Assembly (NCBI GenBank): GCA_000091205.1 | Contig: AP006486.2 | Source of the DNA: Cyanidioschyzon merolae | Lineage: Eukaryota | Length of the DNA: 64,000 nucleotides | Strand: one strand, 5' to 3' | Shown here: piece by piece, positions 23,159-33,654 of the stretch | How positions within the stretch are numbered: position 1 is the first letter of the stretch | How the letters are laid out: each line of letters starts with the position of its first letter | Program-made: the position numbers and the translations under genes | The notes under the pieces: model-generated | Told to the model about the DNA's origin: nothing | Database searches by the model: none | Seen by the model: only the letters and a program-made list of their open reading frames with translations

Positions 23159-24094
23159 TTAAATGGGTAGCAAGTCCGCATCTGCGCCCGCGATCTGCTC
23201 CAAGATCGATGGTGTGTTCGCGGCATCCGGCTCTAAGGCCTGCTCAAAACTGTTCATATCAAAGGCGCGAAGCGCCTGTGCTGCCCGTCGCTCTCGCGCA
23301 CGCAGTTCTTGCGCTTGTGTTCGAGCCAATTCCCTTTTCTTTCTATTTTGGACAAGTTTCAGACGAAAGAATTCCTCTCGCTCCTGCTCATCCAGTTCAC
23401 TGAGGATATAGGCAATCGTGTTCTCTAAACGCGGAATGAGAACGTTCTCCAGCGCGTTCACCCGCCTATTGGTAACTTTGATGGCCTCGTCCAAGATCAG
23501 ATAACTGGTTTGCAGGGATGCGAGCTCCACAAGCGCTAGCAACGCCTCGTTATAAGCTTCCCGGCAGGCTGCGATCTGTTGGCCACCACGCCCCAGGCCC
23601 CGATACTGGGCAACAGAGGCAACACCTGTTTGAACTGGCCCAGCAGCGCGCATGTCCTCGGCGTAACCGTCATTCCGAGCGACAGCGACAGCAGCAGCAG
23701 CAGCAGCAGTAGCGATGGTCGAGGTGGCAACCGGTCCCGTGCTCACCGACCCCGAGACGCAGCGGTAGCAGGGCAACGACACACCTGCGACATTGTCAAA
23801 GCGCACCCGTAGTCGAGTTTCCGCACGCTCGACGCTTTCCTGAACAATGTGCTTGAGCTCGTCGCCGACGACGTACTTAACGGCAACGAATCGAAACGAA
23901 GCGTCGCGCAGAAGCTCCGCAGCACGTTGCTTTTTATCCACGATCTCACGCAAAATGGCTCGAAACCGTGCCGTCAAGGCATCACTCTTTTTCTTTAAGA
24001 GTGCATGACCTCGACGGGCGCCCTGCAAACGCGCTTTGACCTGGGTCAAGGTCATGCGCGAGGGCACGACCGGGAGCACCTGGCGCTGACTCAT
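23159..24094 (-). CDS. ATP6V1D: V-type H+-ATPase subunit D, carrying a ~60-aa low-complexity (poly-Ala) insertion
   Basis: [45 protein letters not shown] and ...[77 protein letters not shown] align along their length to human ATP6V1D (...[34 protein letters not shown] ... [37 protein letters not shown]). ATG at 24094. Confidence 0.85.
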   Translation of the reverse strand: MSQRQVLPVVPSRMTLTQVKARLQGARRGHALLKKKSDALTARFRAILREIVDKKQRAAELLRDASFRFVAVKYVVGDELKHIVQESVERAETRLRVRFDNVAGVSLPCYRCVSGSVSTGPVATSTIATAAAAAAVAVARNDGYAEDMRAAGPVQTGVASVAQYRGLGRGGQQIAACREAYNEALLALVELASLQTSYLILDEAIKVTNRRVNALENVLIPRLENTIAYILSELDEQEREEFFRLKLVQNRKKRELARTQAQELRARERRAAQALRAFDMNSFEQALEPDAANTPSILEQIAGADADLLPI

Positions 24095-25491
24095 CTCGGT
24101 GCGCCCTACAGCAAGTCGCACTCTCGTCTACGAGGCTAGACGACCCGGGTCCCGTAAAGCGCACCGCCTTTCACAACGTGTCAGTTGGTGCGCGAACCCG
24201 GTCACTGCTTCTCTCTCGTTGCCCAGCGAGCGCTATACTGGACTTCTCGCAGCAGCCGGCGCTGGGCGGAGGCGCAACGTCACCGGAGCCCGCGGCTTGG
24301 CGGCAGCGTCTCGAGTGCAGCGCTCTGCTTGGCTCAGTGCCGGACGCGTTTTGTATATCATTATTCATAGGGTGGAAGGTATGAGGTCCATGAATCTAGA
24401 TGGATACTCGCGGGACGTGTGAACGCTGCCGACAGCTCGAGTACATAGACAGGCGCAGCACGATTGCAGACCTGATATCCAGAGTGCATGCTGGAGAACG
24501 CTCGAGTTCGGCGTAACGATGATGCGATGCAGTACATATCCCTGGGGCCGAATATCTCTAAAACCATGCCAACATAGCGCTGATGTACTAATGGTATGAT
24601 CCTTCATACCGTCTTTTGCCAGCGGAGCGACGATACCTGTAGAGTCGCTCTAACTCGTGCCGCTATTTGTCGGCAGAACGCAGTACGCTACGTACTTTCG
24701 CCTCAAACCACTGCCATAAGCGGTCTGAGAACGCCTGTTTATCGCCGCGCAGCGTCCGCGCCAGCGCTCTGGACCGAATAGAAGGCGTTCTATGCTGACA
24801 CAGCGCCCAGAGGATCTTACACGAGAACCAGTACCTCCGAAGGAATGCACGAGCTATGGTGGCCGATAGAACTTGCAGGTCTGTCGCGGCATGATGGACG
24901 CTCTTCTGATCGCCGATATCCATCGTGCAATCTCGGGTCCCTGGTTCACGGAAACGACGCTACTCCCATATAAAAGAAAAGTCGACTGCGATGACTGGCA
25001 TCGCTTTACTTTGAATGCGAGAGCGCGTTGAACCCAGGCTCTATGCGGCATAGAGGCGAAAGAATGAGATACGCGCCCATGAGGTTTACTCAATCAGATT
25101 CGAAGGCAGGTCACGACTTGTGCTGGGGTGCGCCATGCCCATAATTCTTTTCTCTGCAGCCAGGTCCAGTCGGTTTCACGCTTTGCGGTATCCCTGCAAT
25201 ACCGGCCAACGGGCTCGAACCGGCCCTCAAACCGTGCCTGGACACAGACCGCATCGCAATGTACACACATCGTGGAGCTCGACCTGCCGAGCGGCAAGCA
25301 TCCCAGCGCCGCTGTTCGCAAGAACAGCTCCTCCAAGAGCAGTTACGTATGTTGAGCACCGCGTACTCGTACAAGCGACGCTTCTCTCCTACGGATGCGG
25401 ATAGCAGGAGCTACATTTTTGTTTCCTGTGTGCTGAGAAACGCCAGACAACGCAGGCAACGCACCCCAACGGCATAATGCAAGCGCTTGTA

Positions 25492-26148
25492 CTAGTCACC
25501 TTCTTTGAGAATGAACCCGGTGCCGCCGCACTGACTACAGCGCGTCTTCCCGAATCCAAAACATACCTCGCAACGTACACCGCCCATGTGTCCAGAGCCG
25601 GCGCAACGATCGCAGCGTAGCTTACCGCGAGCAAGACAGCCTGGACACCGCTCACTGCGTCGTGGTCGTCCGCGCCGGTGAAACGTCGACGAATCTGCAG
25701 CAGTGCTTTCCTGGGGCGGCGGCTCAGCCTCACTGCTCGAGGCCGCTGCTCCCGCCATAGCAGGCTCGTCTGGGTTTGGGTTACTGTCGTCGTCGTCGGT
25801 GTCGTCGTCGGTGGCGGCGTTCGCTCGCAACGTGTTCACCTGCCATATGCCAGACCGAGCGTCCGTTTCCGGAAGACGTGGCGCCCGTGTTCGTGGACTC
25901 GCCACCCGTTTCAGCAAGGGACTGCGGCTAGGTTTCAACAACCGTGGCTGCTGCACATATCTACTCGTTGAAACGGCAGTAGCAGTAGCAGTAGCAGTAG
26001 CAGCTGGTACCCCACGGTACCAACACACCCCAAAACCGAGCGCAAACGCTCTCTGACGACAACAACAAGACCCTAAAGGCGTGCTGTTCATGGATAAAGT
26101 TGAGAAAACCCCATTGCTACCATAAACCAAATGATCCGTCTCGTTCAT
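25492..26148 (-). CDS. Protein with a C-terminal DnaJ-type zinc-finger (CxxCxGxG repeats) domain; the N-terminal region is acidic and low-complexity
   Basis: C-terminus RCPGCLARGKLRCDRCAGSGHMGGVRCEVCFGFGKTRCSQCGGTGFILKEGD has four CxxC(x)G(x)G units, as in DnaJ central domains and BSD2-like plastid proteins. The rest is unrecognised. The start is uncertain (first ATG about 26148). Confidence 0.4.
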   Translation of the reverse strand: MNETDHLVYGSNGVFSTLSMNSTPLGSCCCRQRAFALGFGVCWYRGVPAATATATATAVSTSRYVQQPRLLKPSRSPLLKRVASPRTRAPRLPETDARSGIWQVNTLRANAATDDDTDDDDSNPNPDEPAMAGAAASSSEAEPPPQESTAADSSTFHRRGRPRRSERCPGCLARGKLRCDRCAGSGHMGGVRCEVCFGFGKTRCSQCGGTGFILKEGD

Positions 26149-29100
26149 GTTAGAGGCCCAAGCTACGCACAAGTCTCAGGCGCAGCGCAAAACTGTTCAG
26201 TCAAGGCCATGCGCTCCAAGCGCGCTCCATCGTGCCGCAAGGGCGTGCGGCTCGTGCGCCTGCGAGATAGGGAGGTGCTCTACGCGCTGGCGCTCCGCAG
26301 CGCGTCGAAGCATCGAACGTAGGAGAAGCGGCATGCGCTAAAGTTCACCGCTTGTAGTCGTTGATCATGCGGGGACGGGGTGCGAGTTCGCTGGTATTTG
26401 CTGAAGCTTGCCAATGAAACCTGAACAGTGATGGCTGCTCGTTGCTGCACGGGAACCTGCGGGGTAATTTCTGGGCCTAGTCATGAAGGATCAGGATATG
26501 GGTGTGAAAAATTGATCTTGATGGGAGCTCTTCAACCGGGCACTCCAACGACACGAACGTACTATCAGATGCATCCATACTCTGGAATCGGCAGGGTGAC
26601 GCCTCTGTGAGCGACATTTGCGGTCGCGGCGACTGCGAGTGCGTGTGCCATGCACTTGTCGGCAATGCCTGGACTGGACGCACGCTCGCGTATGTAGACC
26701 TGCACGCCTGCTCCGTGAACGAGCAGCGATGCATGGAACCTCATAGCGCTGCATGCGGGGACGATGCCAGTTTCCAGAGCTGGGTCCTCATGATCGACGC
26801 TGCAGGTGCTGTTCTTTTCATCGATCTGCAACACGCATGTGCGACGGAGTGAGGATGCATGTATACGTCTGTACAGACGTATACATGCTCGTACAATCAT
26901 AGCATAGTTTATCCACGCCTACGTGCACACACCTATGGACGCGCACGAAAACAACATGAGTAGATGCTCGAGCCCGTCGTGCTGCAGACGCTGCGCATCG
27001 AATGAAGCATTTTGAGCAAGTTATGGCAACTCCTGGACAGGTGCGTGTTACTGTGCAGCGCGAGAGAACACATGCCATGGATGCTTCGAGAACAATATAC
27101 GCACGGGGTAAACTGTGGATCGTGGTATGCGCTCGCCCAGGCGTTCTTTGCTGGGAGCGCGCGTCAGTCGAGTGCGGGTGCCGTATGCCAGGGTAGATCG
27201 CGCGAGCTCTCCTAGCTCGCACTGAAGCTAGTGGCGTCAAGCATTCTCGCTTCATCAGCGTATACCAATAAACGTCCGGCATCTGTCGTTTCTAAAGTGC
27301 CCGCGACGTGCACACTGTCACCATTTAAGAGGCAAGATGCGCCGCCGCAGGCGCCGCTGAGCATGGCAACCGACCACAAGCGTTGCGCTCGCTGCAGCCA
27401 GCCTTGCGAGCGGGTTTGCGGGTGTCGCAACGCAGGAGCCAGTTGCACACGAGTCCCGTGAGTCGAATGCACTGTCCTGGTTTCATGGAGACTGGCATGA
27501 GCCCCGCATCCACAGCCGTACATAAGCGATCCACGCGGACATATTTTACGACGGAAATATGTTATTTTTGAAACGTTCGATGACAGAACATCATTCTGGT
27601 TCAAGAATAAGCTAGGGGAATCGTTCGCAATGTGTACATACCGCGCTCCAGGCTTGCTGTATTCCTGAACCGCACCATACCAGTGCTCGCGCTCTTGGCA
27701 TGTGATTTTTTCATCCCAAGTCTGTAGCATTCCAGCATCATGTCAACACTTAGGTCTTAACGAGTTCCTCAAACGGTCGCTGGACACGAATCCATTGGAC
27801 GCTCTGGAAGCTCAAGATATTTGCAAATGCTGATTGCGAATTCCTATGTTCGGTGGACATAGCGCTTCCGCAAACGATTGCTTGGTTTGGACGCACCGTG
27901 GCAAACCGCTTACCAGCGCCTGCCTGGTTATCTGATGTAAAGTCCGCTTCCCGTACACAATCGAGTGCCTCTATCTCGGTTTCATTCTCTTCTTCACAAC
28001 CTGTTTTGCGGCACATTCGTGCTTCGCTTCGTTACTTGTCGTTCTGAGTTCATCCATGGAAATCGTACAGAATCGATTCCCGCACTCGCCGTTCGCTCTC
28101 GACAAAGAAGCAGGAGTCAAGCTGGTGCGTGCCAAGGTATGTCCAGTGCCATAGATGACCACTGAACGACGCGACTTTTCGGTCATTTCGATTGTAGCCT
28201 ATGAGAACGTTGGTGAACGCACGTTCTCCTGCCTTCGCAAAACCGAAAAGGTTGGCGTCCTCGGGCGTGATGAAAAAGAACTCCTCCGGAAATCATTGCG
28301 ATGGTTCATATGGATTGTAACATACTCCCTGGAACGCAATATCCCCTTTCATTCGTCCTCATTTTCACGCGCGGGAGAGTTGAAACTACTACACACTCAT
28401 CGTACGCGTCTTGAAGCACTCGACATTGATCAGAACACAGTTTTTGTTTGTGAGATCGGCTTGAGGCCTTTCGGCACCTGCGCTGCCCATGTGCCGGTCA
28501 ACAACGTATTACCATACTCTTGGAGGCGTATGTGCAAGTCGCTGATCCTACGATCAGGCCGTGTTTTATCTTCTGTGCGGGAGATTTTTCTGCGTTGCCT
28601 CACGAAGGATCGATCAAAAACTCGCAAAGGTCACTGAAGCGTTGACCGGGTGGTTTTCGCGGCTCCTACGAGCAGTTGCTTGACGAGGCGCGTCATGACA
28701 AGGGAAACTAGCCGAGCTTTCCGCGTGTGAGAAGCTACGCACTGCGGAACGAAGCCACAGATCTTACTGTGTCGAACATTCTCCCGGTTCGTACGTTGAA
28801 ATCAGAAGGCCTTTGAAACTGTGCTTGACAATGGTTTTTTCATCGGACCTCCTCGACCTGGTTCCGAAAAGTTCGTTCCCTTGTTTCTCCTGTGGTTTCC
28901 TTGCCTTCTAGTTCACCAAGCGCGGTGGTATACATGTGGTTGCAATGTTCCGTAACCGTTCGTACTTTTTACAGGGAACAAGTACTGGGTTCGTGGTAGC
29001 ACTGAAGCTTGCCTATTCTGCCCACGTATATATGTTGTGTCCCTCGAGGATCTTTTCGTCAGCTTCGGCACGATTGCCGCTCCCAATCGCGGAGGAGCAC

Positions 29101-30056
29101 AAGTGCAATACCGCAGTTCCGGGCTGGCAGACGTAAACTACGACATGTCGAAGAACGGCGTCTAGGATACGAACGAACCTTCCATAGGTCCATGACCGTA
29201 GAGTTGGCGTTCGGCATCAGAGAAGACGCCATCGACTGGATTCAACGAGGAGATATGTGCCGGCACCAAGAGCAGTGCAACGCGAAGCGCAGCAGTGTGC
29301 TCCACGACTTCTGTTGCATGATGATAAGCGACGTTGTCATCGACCAGAACAGAGGAATGTGAGATGGAGAATCTCCAACGTGCTTCACTAAAAATATGCG
29401 ATATTGGATGACCCTGTACGAATGGACATTTCGAGGCGACCACAGCACTGCATCGTCGCAGAGTCTGACGTTCACTTCAGGCTCACCTGTCCCCTATTTG
29501 CGAACAGCGGTTTGCCGCTCTTCGGGTACCCATATATTACAGATGTGCCAATTGCTCCTGAATGAAGTCTCACTGGGTGATAGGACCACCCGTCTTTTCT
29601 ACGATAAGCGTTCGCGTTTTGGTTCGAACTTCATTGTGTATTGCCCAATGCAAGACGATCTCCGACACCTGCGCACTTTTTGCGTAGTCCAGTGATGTCT
29701 CTTCATCACTGTTCGTATTAACAGCATGGAAGCATCGCGTCTGGACATTCCTTTGATATTTTTCAATGACCATTCCGACTGAAGTGGATTGACGGGGTCA
29801 TCGCGCAGATAGACGATGATAAGCGCTGTTCTGGGTACACGACGAGCGCCACTTGGACTAGGTGAAGCGTGGTTCACCCACCTGCTGACCACAGAATAAC
29901 TGAGTTGTTGTGAGATGCAGATCCTGCATCGCAACCCAGCACAAGGTGCCGATGTCTTACCGCGGGCATTCACCAACCCACAGGATACATGCCTTTTATT
30001 GAATACCTGAGAAAAATCAACCGAAACGAAAAGCGCGTGCTGGTACAGATGGCCCA

Positions 30057-30226
30057 GAATTCACTGCTCTTCATATTACACGGTCACTAGAATGCGACCA
30101 GGTTGCACGTACCACAGAAAATGCAGCAACGTACGCTGCCAGAATTCACTGCTCTTCATATTACACGGTCACTAGAATGCGACCAGGTTGCACGTACCAC
30201 AGAAAATGCAGCAACGTATGCTGCCT
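30057..30226. repeat. Two tandem copies of an 85-bp unit (98% identical) just 3' of the WD40 gene
   Basis: gaattcactgctcttcatattacacggtcactagaatgcgaccaggttgcacgtaccacagaaaatgcagcaacgta(c/t)gctgcc occurs at 30057-30141 and 30142-30226. Confidence 0.85.
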
Positions 30227-30492
30227 CGGATACGCGTAAACGGCAGCAGCTCGACGACAAAGCGAGAGCTCCGTACGCAGTAGGCACGCTGTTTCAGTTG
30301 ACTCGGAAAGCAGCGCAGAGCGAGCCAGCGAAACCAGAGACGTTAACGCGACTCTCTGGGGATTTTGCGAGCGCGTACATGCCTGCAGGAGAGGCGGTTT
30401 CCACTCTGGAACGCGCCGTTCCGGAGCAGCCCGACAGCGCACTGGACGTCGTCCAGTGCAGTGGCAGTGCGAGCGCTTCATCAGCGCACCAC

Positions 30493-33400
30493 CTACCAGT
30501 GCTTCTCTCGAATGCTCAACAGGTACTCGATGCGCTGCGTTGGCGATCCCGGTGAACCCGCCGCATTCCCGTTCTTCTCCGACCAGGACAAACAACGCTC
30601 ACCCGCATCGAGAGAAGACTTGGGTGATGCCGTCGCAGCTGCAGCTGCCGTCGCCACCATCTCCCACAGACGCACCGCACCGCTCTCGTCCGCAGTCACC
30701 AGTACCATTCGATTCGACAGGGACGCAAGCCGAACGCAGGTGAGCCCATCGTGATGGATGGTCTGCCGAACCGCAGGCTCGATCTCCGGTACTACGAGTC
30801 CACGTCGCGTCTTCCGCGGCGACGGCAGTGCATTCAAGTCTAGTTCCCAAATGCACAGACGCGCATCTTGTCCGACGGTGGCCAAGCGATAAAACGCAGC
30901 AGGTGCAGCATCTTCCGATGACCATCCCTGTCCAGACAAGGAACTGGAAGCGTAACCGTCCAATTCGAGTTCCAAAGCGGGTAACCAGCACACTGAGGTT
31001 ACAAAGCTGGAATGACCTCGACCACGCACCAGGCATCGCATCTCTTCGCAGGGTGATCGCGGCGCTCGCCATATGGTGAACGTATCGTCCTCACCGCCCG
31101 CAGCGATGAACTGACCGTCGGGTGACCAGGCCATACAGAGAAAGGCCCCGTAGTGGGATCGAGCTTGCGCGATCCAGGTCGCGCTCGGGAGATTCGCTGA
31201 CGTTTCGGCGAGCACCGGCCAATCTAACGACGGCAGCGCGAGCACGTGCAACATGCCGTCTCGACTGGTACAGGCCAGCAGATTCTCGTGTACAGAGATA
31301 CTCGTGATACCAGCATGGGATGGAATCTGGGCAAGCAACGAGGTATGATACTTGTCGGGCCCAAGACCTTGTGGTAGCGAATGAACGAGGATGCTTCCAT
31401 TGCCGCGCGCTGTTATGAGCCGATCGCGGCTGCTGGTCACCGCTAGCGCCATGACCATGACCTGCTTTGTTTGCTCTGCAACTGATGCTAGGGAGCTCGG
31501 CAATGCGATACAGTCGTAGCCTCCATCCAGCGTCCGTAGCGGATCGCGATGTACTAAAACCTCACCGTTTGCAAAGCCAATGATCGCCAGAACGGTGTCC
31601 TCTGCGGCAGACAAACTAAGCGTATGGCAAGTCGGCAGCACACGGAAGCGGAACTTTTGGAGCACCCGCCCACTCGTATCGCCCTGAATGATGAAGACCT
31701 GATCACGAAAGTTGAGCAGCAGCAGTGGCACGAGATCGCCTGGTAGTCGCTTGTCGACAGCGGCGCAGTCTCCGGTGCTCGGTAAGCTTGATGTACGTCC
31801 ACCAGCGCTAGTGGTTACCGTCCTGCGATCAGGACAGATATCCGCTCGCACCTCGCAAGCTTCACTCGGTGCGGCCGCATAGGCGTCGCCACCCTCTGAG
31901 AGCGCAGGACTGGATGGATGTGTTTGCGCCTTGTCGCGGCTGGTACCGGTCCAGCGATTCAGCCAGCTCATCATCGAGCGACTCGGCACTGCGTTTGGTG
32001 CGGCGAGGTGCTCGAGCTGCCCCGCTCGCATATCCGCCGTCTCGCAGGATACACGCTCTAGATCCAAGGTCATGAGCTCAGGTGCGATGAGCGATCGCGA
32101 TTGCGCTTTGCCCTCCGTGGAAGCCTCGGGTGCCGTGGCGTCACCTATGCGGGCGAGAGGGCCATTTCCCGCAGAGCTGCCACCATCGGATAGCCGCACC
32201 GAGGACGCGCGTCGACGGCTGAAGAGGCCTCGACGCTCGCGCCCGTTGCCCCCTACTGCCGACGGCGGTGGCGTCAGCGAACGGAGAGCGTCGGCAGACG
32301 TCGCGGCAACCTGCGATGCGACCGTTGCGCGACGTCCATTCACGTCACTCCCGCTGCCTGCGAGTGCAGTCGACGCCAGCAACTCACTGTCTGCGGAGAA
32401 TGTTCGGCGGTACGCAGCCATGACTGAGGCGTTCTCGACGTAAGCATTCATCAGCATCATGCTCAGAATCGCATGCGGAATCAAAATCATAGAGACCTGG
32501 GTACCACGAGCGCCCCAGCCATAATTGACGCGCCGGCTTATGACCGAGCTGCCGATGCTGAGAAATCCGCCCAAGGGCGAAGTACTTTGCAGCTCGCCGG
32601 CAGCGGCAGGCGACGAACCAGTGCTCCCGCCTCCCACCAGCTGTGTCGACTGCGGACTCGATGCCGCTGCCGAGTTCTGCGACTGATGACCGCCCAAACC
32701 CATGATGCTCGCGCCGCTCGCAGCAAACGAGGTCAGTCGGCTCAGCATGCTTCTGGTTTCTGAGCCGGCGCTGCCCGCCGCACTGCCTGCGCTCGCCGTT
32801 CGCTTCCCGTTCACAACGACGGGTGCACGCTCTGCAGTCAAGTCCGCCCTCTCCCGTGGCTCAGTGGCATAGAGACGCTCACCATACCACTCGGTCCGCA
32901 GCTCAAACGCCTCAAGTCCGGGCACATGGATGCTTTTGCGTAGCACCTTCCGAGGGCTTGTCAGAGCAGCGGCGGGAGATCCCGGGTAGTACTCAGAAAG
33001 CCCCGAAACGCTTGGCACTGAGGATGCGTTCTCCTGAACGTCAGGACTTGCACTACCCTCCAGTTTCTTCCCCGCGTTCATCGTAGCACTGGTGCGTTTC
33101 GGAGGTGCAGACCTCGTGTCGTCGGGCACACTCGTAAAACTGGACTCCCGTGAGTCGGCCGGGACACTAGACCTCGCACGGACCGGGCGCGACCCAGTAC
33201 CGGGACGCCAACTACTCAGGCAGCTGTTCAGACCTTGGCCTGTTGTCGTTGACGATCCAGGTGGCGAACCTTGGTGTGCAGCACCGGCAGCAGCACCAAC
33301 GGGCACTTCTCGTACCGTCGAACGTGAACTTGCTGCTGCAGTGCGGTGCGCATTTGCGCCCCCCGGAGCGCGAACGGGATGCGTGCGTGACGCAATGCAC

Positions 33401-33654
33401 GCATCGTTCGCCGGCGCACGCATGACGCGATGCGTGCACTCCTTTGCAGTCGGCGATGATGATGATAACAACGATGATGATGATAACAATGACGATAACA
33501 ACGATGATGATGATAACAATGACGATAACGATGATGATGATAACAATGACGATAACGATGGTGATGATAACGATGGTGATGATAACGATGATGATGATAA
33601 CGATGGTGATGATAACGATGGTGATGGTAACGATGATGCTACAAGGACATCCAT
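30493..33654 (-). CDS. WD40 beta-propeller protein with a long Ser/Ala/Gly-rich low-complexity N-terminal half. Motif resemblance to WDR20/DMR-N9 family, unverified.
   Basis: WD-repeat signatures WSPDGQFIAAGGEDDTFTIWR, GHSSFVTSVCW and LATVGQDARLCIWELD; the last resembles WDR20 ...VGQDTQLCLWDL. The N-terminal ~100 codons overlap a minisatellite, so the true start is uncertain. Confidence 0.6.
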   Translation of the reverse strand: MDVLVASSLPSPSLSSPSLSSSSLSSPSLSSPSLSSLLSSSSLSSLLSSSSLLSSLLSSSSLLSSSSPTAKECTHRVMRAPANDACIASRTHPVRAPGGANAHRTAAASSRSTVREVPVGAAAGAAHQGSPPGSSTTTGQGLNSCLSSWRPGTGSRPVRARSSVPADSRESSFTSVPDDTRSAPPKRTSATMNAGKKLEGSASPDVQENASSVPSVSGLSEYYPGSPAAALTSPRKVLRKSIHVPGLEAFELRTEWYGERLYATEPRERADLTAERAPVVVNGKRTASAGSAAGSAGSETRSMLSRLTSFAASGASIMGLGGHQSQNSAAASSPQSTQLVGGGSTGSSPAAAGELQSTSPLGGFLSIGSSVISRRVNYGWGARGTQVSMILIPHAILSMMLMNAYVENASVMAAYRRTFSADSELLASTALAGSGSDVNGRRATVASQVAATSADALRSLTPPPSAVGGNGRERRGLFSRRRASSVRLSDGGSSAGNGPLARIGDATAPEASTEGKAQSRSLIAPELMTLDLERVSCETADMRAGQLEHLAAPNAVPSRSMMSWLNRWTGTSRDKAQTHPSSPALSEGGDAYAAAPSEACEVRADICPDRRTVTTSAGGRTSSLPSTGDCAAVDKRLPGDLVPLLLLNFRDQVFIIQGDTSGRVLQKFRFRVLPTCHTLSLSAAEDTVLAIIGFANGEVLVHRDPLRTLDGGYDCIALPSSLASVAEQTKQVMVMALAVTSSRDRLITARGNGSILVHSLPQGLGPDKYHTSLLAQIPSHAGITSISVHENLLACTSRDGMLHVLALPSLDWPVLAETSANLPSATWIAQARSHYGAFLCMAWSPDGQFIAAGGEDDTFTIWRAPRSPCEEMRCLVRGRGHSSFVTSVCWLPALELELDGYASSSLSGQGWSSEDAAPAAFYRLATVGQDARLCIWELDLNALPSPRKTRRGLVVPEIEPAVRQTIHHDGLTCVRLASLSNRMVLVTADESGAVRLWEMVATAAAAATASPKSSLDAGERCLSWSEKNGNAAGSPGSPTQRIEYLLSIREKHW
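33450..33650. repeat. Minisatellite of 15/30-bp units (gatgatgataacaatgacgataac...), open in three frames at the WD40 gene 5' end
   Basis: Direct reading. It encodes (DDDNN)n on the plus strand, (SLSSP)n in the WD40 frame and (IVIIT)n in a second minus-strand frame. Confidence 0.7.

Noticed and set aside
22413-23162. 249-aa GC-rich plus-strand ORF (and many similar 60-200-aa ORFs throughout)
   Set aside because: No domain or motif is recognisable. It is a low-complexity Ala/Arg/Pro-rich translation typical of chance ORFs in ~60% GC DNA, and it lies between well-supported genes.
25492-26172. Calling the DnaJ-type zinc-finger ORF a DnaJ/Hsp40 chaperone
   Set aside because: No J-domain (HPD motif) or G/F region is present; only the CxxCxGxG zinc-finger module is. 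The call is kept generic.
29162-29443. Possible fifth copy of the dispersed element family (VDDNVAYHHAT ... HISSL)
   Set aside because: Only about 55% nt identity over ~30 nt, and the spacing between the two boxes (35 aa vs ~65 aa) does not match the family.
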